This document shows, piece by piece, positions 59,197 through 64,000 of a DNA stretch of 64,000 nucleotides. Made by a program: the position numbers and the translations under genes. Position 1 is the stretch's first letter. Each line of letters opens with the position of its first letter. The notes below the pieces were generated by a model. It was not told the DNA's origin, searched no databases, and saw only the letters and a list, made by a program, of their open reading frames with translations. Source of the stretch: Armatimonadota bacterium (GTDB taxonomy: Bacteria > Armatimonadota > SYMT01); the NCBI GenBank assembly GCA_041690135.1, contig JAWLHY010000006.1:358337-422336 (forward strand), in the 5' to 3' direction.

Positions 59197-60327
59197 CTAC
59201 ACTGGTTCTTCTTCCTCGCCTTCGATGCCCCCATCTGGCGTGGCGTCCTCTAAATCTTCCGCCGATTTGGATTCGGCGGGGGTGCCGCAGGCCAGGCAGT
59301 AGCGGACGCCGGGTGGGAGGTCCGCGTTGCAGGCAGCGCACTGAGACGGCGTGCCGGCGTGGGCGCGGAGATCTTTTCCGCACCGGGGACAGGTCGATAC
59401 CGTCACTGACACCGTGGTAGCGCAGATGGGGCAGTGCATTTGCCGGCCCATCTGGTGGCGACCGAACGTGTCGCGCGGATAATCCCCTTCGAGAATGCGA
59501 GCATAGTCCCCGCTGTTGATCCAATCGTCCAGGCCTTTCGCCCGGTAGACCACCAGGGGGTGGCTGAGCTGCCAGCCCTGCGCCATGAACAGCAGGGCTT
59601 TGACGAATGAATCCGATCCGGAGCCCTCAGCGTGGGCACGCGCCTGTTCGAGGAAGGCTTCCGGATTCATCTCGTGAGCAAACCGGGAAGATCCGCCGCC
59701 CAGTTTCATCGTGGCGGAGAAGGCGACCCGCGGGTCCTGGCAGACGAGCAGCCCGGCGCGGTCGCAGCTGAATTCGGCGTTGCGCATCCATTCGTAGAAG
59801 GCGGTCAACACTCCCACCGTCGCCAACTGGCCGAGCCCGAGGGTGCTGCGGCCAACGGTATCCAAGAGCACCACGATCACCATAGCCAGCATGAGGTAGA
59901 GCACGTGCCCGCACTTCATGTGACCGATCTCGTGCCCCAGGATGAAGAGGAGCTCTTCGTCGGTGAAGCTGTCGAGAAGGGCGGAGTTCACCACGATAAA
60001 AGGGCGGCCCACGCCCGCGGTGGCGGCATTGATCCGGTAGTCGTAGCGGACATACAACTCGGGCTCGGGCACGTGGAGGATGGAGCAGGCTTCCCGCATC
60101 AACCCGTAAAGGGTGCCGAACTGGCGGGGACCGCAGCGGACCGAAGTCGACGAGTTCATCGTGTACCAGACCTGGTCCAGGGCCAACTCATTGAACTTGC
60201 GGATCAGCAACGGCAGAACGGGGAGGCGCTGCAGGTTCTCCAGTGCTTTCCGGTCGAGAGGACTGACAAACGCCTCGACCGCGAGGTCGGAAAGACAGAT
60301 TCTGCCGCCGGGGGTTCGCTCAGTCAT
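59197..60327 (-). CDS. M48 family zinc metallopeptidase with C-terminal double zinc ribbon
   Basis: NAAT, GHEIGH, EFSCDR and SHP motifs; four CxxC pairs. Confidence 0.88.
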   Translation of the reverse strand: MTERTPGGRICLSDLAVEAFVSPLDRKALENLQRLPVLPLLIRKFNELALDQVWYTMNSSTSVRCGPRQFGTLYGLMREACSILHVPEPELYVRYDYRINAATAGVGRPFIVVNSALLDSFTDEELLFILGHEIGHMKCGHVLYLMLAMVIVVLLDTVGRSTLGLGQLATVGVLTAFYEWMRNAEFSCDRAGLLVCQDPRVAFSATMKLGGGSSRFAHEMNPEAFLEQARAHAEGSGSDSFVKALLFMAQGWQLSHPLVVYRAKGLDDWINSGDYARILEGDYPRDTFGRHQMGRQMHCPICATTVSVTVSTCPRCGKDLRAHAGTPSQCAACNADLPPGVRYCLACGTPAESKSAEDLEDATPDGGIEGEEEEPV

Positions 60328-60758
60328 CGTCCGGGCCGCCTCCTGCTTACATCCTTCACGTGGGGTTCAAGCTGTGGGATCTGTTGCCCAGGAGGCGCAG
60401 CAGCACCTCCCGGTGAACCCCAACCGCGATTCTGCACCCCGTGCACTGGGACCTGCGGAAAGACGGGAACGGGAAGCTTCTCGGGCTGGTTTATCGCGGC
60501 TGGGAGGAAGCCTGGAAGGAGTTGGAGCTGAAGTTCGCGGCCTCCGTGAAGTCCCTCAAGAGCGGAGAGTGGGGGCGAAGGGTCATGGAGATTCAGAGCC
60601 TCGCGGCCTTTCACAGAGGGACCTCACCCCCACCCCCCTCTCCGGCGCAGCCCATCACCCACTTGTGGGTACCCGGTCCGAACGGAAGAGGGGGCTTTCG
60701 GCTCGCCCACAGTACTACGGCGCATTGACCAGTACTCCGCCTGTGAGGTTCCCTAAAC

Positions 60759-61415
60759 TCAGGAGGCTGTGTAATAGGGATTCCGGCCGCCGGCGTGGTC
60801 GGTGACGTCCAGGATCTCGTCGATCTCGGGGAAGTGCGTCTTTAACACGCGCTCAACCCCCTGTTTCAGGGTCATCCGCGACATGGCGCAGCCCTGGCAT
60901 CCGCCGCCCATCTCCACGAAGACCGTATCGCCCTGCACATCGATCAGGGAGATGTAGCCTCCGTGACCGGCGACCGCGGGGTTGATCTCCTCGTCCAACA
61001 CCTCCTGGATTCGGCGCCAGCGATCCCCCTCGGCGCCCTCGGGCACCGGCTTCGGTTCGGGCCGCTTGGGCTTGTCGTTGGGATTGGTGAACTGGAACCC
61101 GCCCCCGCCGAAGGTCTCGACCCAATCCACGGTTGCGCCCTCCACCAGGGAAACGCTAGCCGGATCGATATAGACGTCGAACCCCTCGAAATGGAGCACG
61201 GTGTCGTCCAGGTCCGGTTTACCTTCCGGCTCCAGGTTCATCGAGTACTTTCCGCGGAACGGCGAAGAGATCCGCAGCGCGTGTACCGGGGGGTCCTGGG
61301 TGGCCAATACGGAGGCGATCTTGTTCTTAGCGGCATCCGTCACCGTCAGGAGCGTCTGCCCCTCCGCACTTCCCGTGTTCTCCAAGGCAAAATCCGGCTT
61401 CGTCGGTACTTCCAT
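60759..61415 (-). CDS. nfuA: Fe-S cluster biogenesis protein NfuA-type (degenerate A-type carrier domain + NifU-C)
   Basis: GATVDWV..GGGFQFTNPN, INPAVAGHGG and GGGCQGC. Confidence 0.85.
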   Translation of the reverse strand: MEVPTKPDFALENTGSAEGQTLLTVTDAAKNKIASVLATQDPPVHALRISSPFRGKYSMNLEPEGKPDLDDTVLHFEGFDVYIDPASVSLVEGATVDWVETFGGGGFQFTNPNDKPKRPEPKPVPEGAEGDRWRRIQEVLDEEINPAVAGHGGYISLIDVQGDTVFVEMGGGCQGCAMSRMTLKQGVERVLKTHFPEIDEILDVTDHAGGRNPYYTAS

Positions 61416-61579
61416 TCTGCTCTCCTTCCCGTCCCTTCCGTCCGGCAGGGACTCCGTTTGCAGGCCTATTTTACGCAGTAAGACGCTTCTGTAATCAGCT
61501 ACCCGAGGTCAGGAACCGAATTGAACCGCCAAGACGCCAGGAACGCCAGGTAAAGGAACGGAGAAAGCGCTTGCAAATC

Positions 61580-62587
61580 TCAGAAGTGATGGAAGCCATC
61601 GGGAGCGAGGGGCACGCGCCTTCCGTCTCCGGTGATCAGTGTGAGCCCGCCACGGGTGATCCGTCCCACAATAGTGGCGGTAACACCCAGCGTACCCAGA
61701 GCCGGAGAGACATCCGCGAACCGCTCCGGCGGCACCGTAAACAGTAACTGATAATCCTCGCCTCCGAACAGCGCCCAGCGAGCCGGATCCGTTCCCAGGA
61801 GGAAGGCGGCCTGGCGGGCGGCGTCCGAAATCGGAAGGCGCTCCACCTCCACTTCCACTCCTACCCCACTCCGGCGGGCGATATGGCCAAGGTCGCTCGC
61901 AACGCCGTCCGAAAGGTCCATCATCGCCGAGGCCAGTCCGGCCTCTGCGAGGACCGCACCCGCCTCGACCGGCGGCCGGGGACGCACATGCCACTCCACG
62001 GGTCCTCGCAGATCCTTTGCGACCGGTTCACCTCGCTCCAGCAGCGCCAGTCCGGCCCCACTATCTCCCAGGGTTCCCGTTACACAGACCAGGTCTCCCA
62101 CCCGGGCGCCCCCGCGCATCACGGCCTTCCCGGTAGGCACGGCGCCCAGGGCCGCTATCGACAGGATGACTCCGGAACGAGACCGCACCGTGTCGCCGCC
62201 CACCACCGGACACCCGTACGCGGCGGAGCACTCCCGCAGGCCGCGATACAGCGTGTCGACCCACTTCACCGGAGTATCCTCAGGAAGGGCCAGAGTCAGC
62301 AGAGCAGCCACCGGTCGCGCGCCCATTCCGCCGAGATCGCTCACATTGACCGCGAGGGCTTTCCAACCCAGGTCCTCCGGTCGGGACCAGTCGCGCCGGA
62401 AATGAACCCCTTCCACCAGAGCATCAATGGTGGCCACGAGCTCGGATTCGGAGGGCAATCGGAGCACGGCGGCGTCATCCCCCACCGCCAGGACCACCTC
62501 GCCGACGCGGGGTTGGGCGCCCTCGGCGGCGAGGCCCTTCGCCAGGCGCTCGATGAGGCCAAATTCTCCCAGGGAGTGCAGGTTCAG
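61580..62587 (-). CDS. thiL: Thiamine-monophosphate kinase
   Basis: GEFGLI, GDDAA, NVSDLG.MGA, GGDT, DLSDG and GGEDY; start uncertain (possibly CTG at 62587). Confidence 0.93.
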   Translation of the reverse strand: MNLHSLGEFGLIERLAKGLAAEGAQPRVGEVVLAVGDDAAVLRLPSESELVATIDALVEGVHFRRDWSRPEDLGWKALAVNVSDLGGMGARPVAALLTLALPEDTPVKWVDTLYRGLRECSAAYGCPVVGGDTVRSRSGVILSIAALGAVPTGKAVMRGGARVGDLVCVTGTLGDSGAGLALLERGEPVAKDLRGPVEWHVRPRPPVEAGAVLAEAGLASAMMDLSDGVASDLGHIARRSGVGVEVEVERLPISDAARQAAFLLGTDPARWALFGGEDYQLLFTVPPERFADVSPALGTLGVTATIVGRITRGGLTLITGDGRRVPLAPDGFHHF

Positions 62588-62694
62588 CGTTCTCTTTCCT
62601 CTGCCAATGGCTACTCTCACTCCATCATACCACGCGGCTACTTCTCTGGCCCGCGGCGCTTGCACGCCAACCAGCGAATGAGGAGGTGCTGCGT

Positions 62695-62928
62695 TTACTC
62701 CTCATCCTCGTTTGTCCGGGGGATGTCTATGCCAGTGCATTTCCCCCCACCCCGTTGAAGGCGGTCCTCGCGTTCGAAGACGAGCCGGGGCGACGAAGGC
62801 GGCCGGTTATCCCCACCTTCTGGCCTGGGAGCGGTCTGCGCCACAACTCCGGGCTCCGGGGGTGTCCGCATGCCAAAGAGGCCGGCGATTCCTATCATGG
62901 CGATGCCGAGGCGTCTGAAGAGGCGCAT
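62695..62928 (-). CDS. Small hypothetical protein with N-terminal hydrophobic segment
   Basis: AGGAG RBS; MRLFRRLGIAMIGIAGLFG. Confidence 0.5.
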   Translation of the reverse strand: MRLFRRLGIAMIGIAGLFGMRTPPEPGVVAQTAPRPEGGDNRPPSSPRLVFEREDRLQRGGGKCTGIDIPRTNEDEE

Positions 62929-63209
62929 GGAGAACTCCTGGTGGGTGATGCGTGAGGCGTGAACCTTGATCCGTATCGCGTGTGGTCTGGGGCAGAGCTT
63001 ATACGAGTGTGACAGTAGCATGAACGGGAACGTGGTGCGTTCTGCACATAGCGTGAGGGACGTATCTGACGGACCCTGGAAGGCTCGAGGGGCTACCTTG
63101 GCCCGACAGGGCGTGACATTGACGGCAAGACCGATGTTCCAAAACACCGATCCCCGAACGGGCTCTTCTACTCCTTTCTAACGGAGCGACGGCGGTGTAG
63201 ACTACGCCT

Positions 63210-64000
63210 ATGAACGCAGAATCTAGGCTGGAGCGAGCCCGGTGCTCGCTGGAGGGCTTGTCCGTCGGTGACGCCTTCGGCGAACGCCTCTTTGTCGCAT
63301 CCGAACTGGTGCAGTCGATTATCGGGAAGAGGATCGTTACGGCCGGGCCCTGGCCTTTCACGGACGATACCCAGATGGCCCTCTCCGTGGTCGAGATTCT
63401 ACGGAAGCATGGAGAGATCGTGCCGGATGCCCTGGCCCTCAGTTTCGCCCACCATTACGATGACCGCCGGGGCTACGGTCCGGCGATGCACAGCCTGCTG
63501 AACTACATCCGCCTGGGAGTGCCGTGGTCCGCGCTCGCCCCGCGTCTGTTCCATGGGCAGGGGTCGTGCGGCAACGGCGCCGCGATGCGGGTGGCCCCGG
63601 TCGGCGCTTACTTTGCGGACGATTTACCGCTGGTCGTCGAGCACGCTGCCCGGTCGGCGCAGGTCACCCATTCGCACCCGGAGGGCGTTGCCGGTGCGGT
63701 GGCCGTAGCCGTGGCGGCGGCCCTGGCATGGCAGTTCGCGCAGCGCGGGATTCGCCCGACACGGCCCGAGTTCCTGGAGGCAATCCTGCCGCACGTGCCG
63801 GAGGGCATCGTCCGCGAGAAAATCCGGCATGGCCGCAACCTGGCCGAAGGCTGCTCCGTACAACTGGCGGTCGCGGCCCTGGGGAACGGCAGCCAGATCA
63901 TAGCCCAGGACACCGTCCCTTTCGTCCTCTGGTGCGCCGGGGAGTGGCTGGACAACTTTGAAGAAGCGCTGTGGCACACGGCGAGTGGCCTGGGCGACCG
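63210..64000 (+). CDS. ADP-ribosylglycohydrolase (DraG family), truncated by the window end
   Basis: Translated by eye: LEGLSVGDAFG, FTDDTQMA, RGYG, GSCGNGAAMRVAP and TH.HPEG; missing from the ORF track because there is no stop. Confidence 0.9.
   Translation, partial: MNAESRLERARCSLEGLSVGDAFGERLFVASELVQSIIGKRIVTAGPWPFTDDTQMALSVVEILRKHGEIVPDALALSFAHHYDDRRGYGPAMHSLLNYIRLGVPWSALAPRLFHGQGSCGNGAAMRVAPVGAYFADDLPLVVEHAARSAQVTHSHPEGVAGAVAVAVAAALAWQFAQRGIRPTRPEFLEAILPHVPEGIVREKIRHGRNLAEGCSVQLAVAALGNGSQIIAQDTVPFVLWCAGEWLDNFEEALWHTASGLGD

Noticed and set aside
60324-60728. ORFs 60324-60614 (-) and 60441-60728 (+)
   Set aside because: No recognisable family or convincing start signals, and the + ORF runs into a CCCCCTCTCC..GGAAGAGGGGG repeat-like hairpin. 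A gene fragment is possible but unsupported.

Overview
GC-rich bacterial chromosomal segment. The lineage is probably Armatimonadota-like, inferred from the DUF1559/H-X9-DG prepilin-like gene, the CRTAC1/ASPIC-UnbV + TPR cluster and a Terrabacteria-type clpC; this was not tested. Housekeeping genes include tsaC/sua5, ppx, a sugar ABC transporter, an RRM protein, htrA, queG, steAB, recN, nadK, radA, clpC, ilvE, nfuA and thiL. No rRNA, tRNA, CRISPR array or prophage was seen. The most notable items are: (1) a tightly coupled queG / class-III aminotransferase / luxE-like / luxC-like operon with no luciferase, which could form an acid-to-aldehyde-to-amine pathway; (2) a RAYT transposase inside a ~214-215 bp tandem array built from two alternating GTAG-REPs; (3) an unannotated ~195-nt structured RNA candidate (6S-like) with its own promoter-like motif and terminator at ~41.46-41.69 kb; (4) a PPC/DUF296-GspE-N domain fusion; (5) a full-length but motif-degenerate DUF3419 + adenylating-enzyme pair; (6) many short-period repeats, including a 30-bp AT-rich palindrome translated in frame inside a CDS. 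All family calls come from motif recognition by eye; no database search was run.
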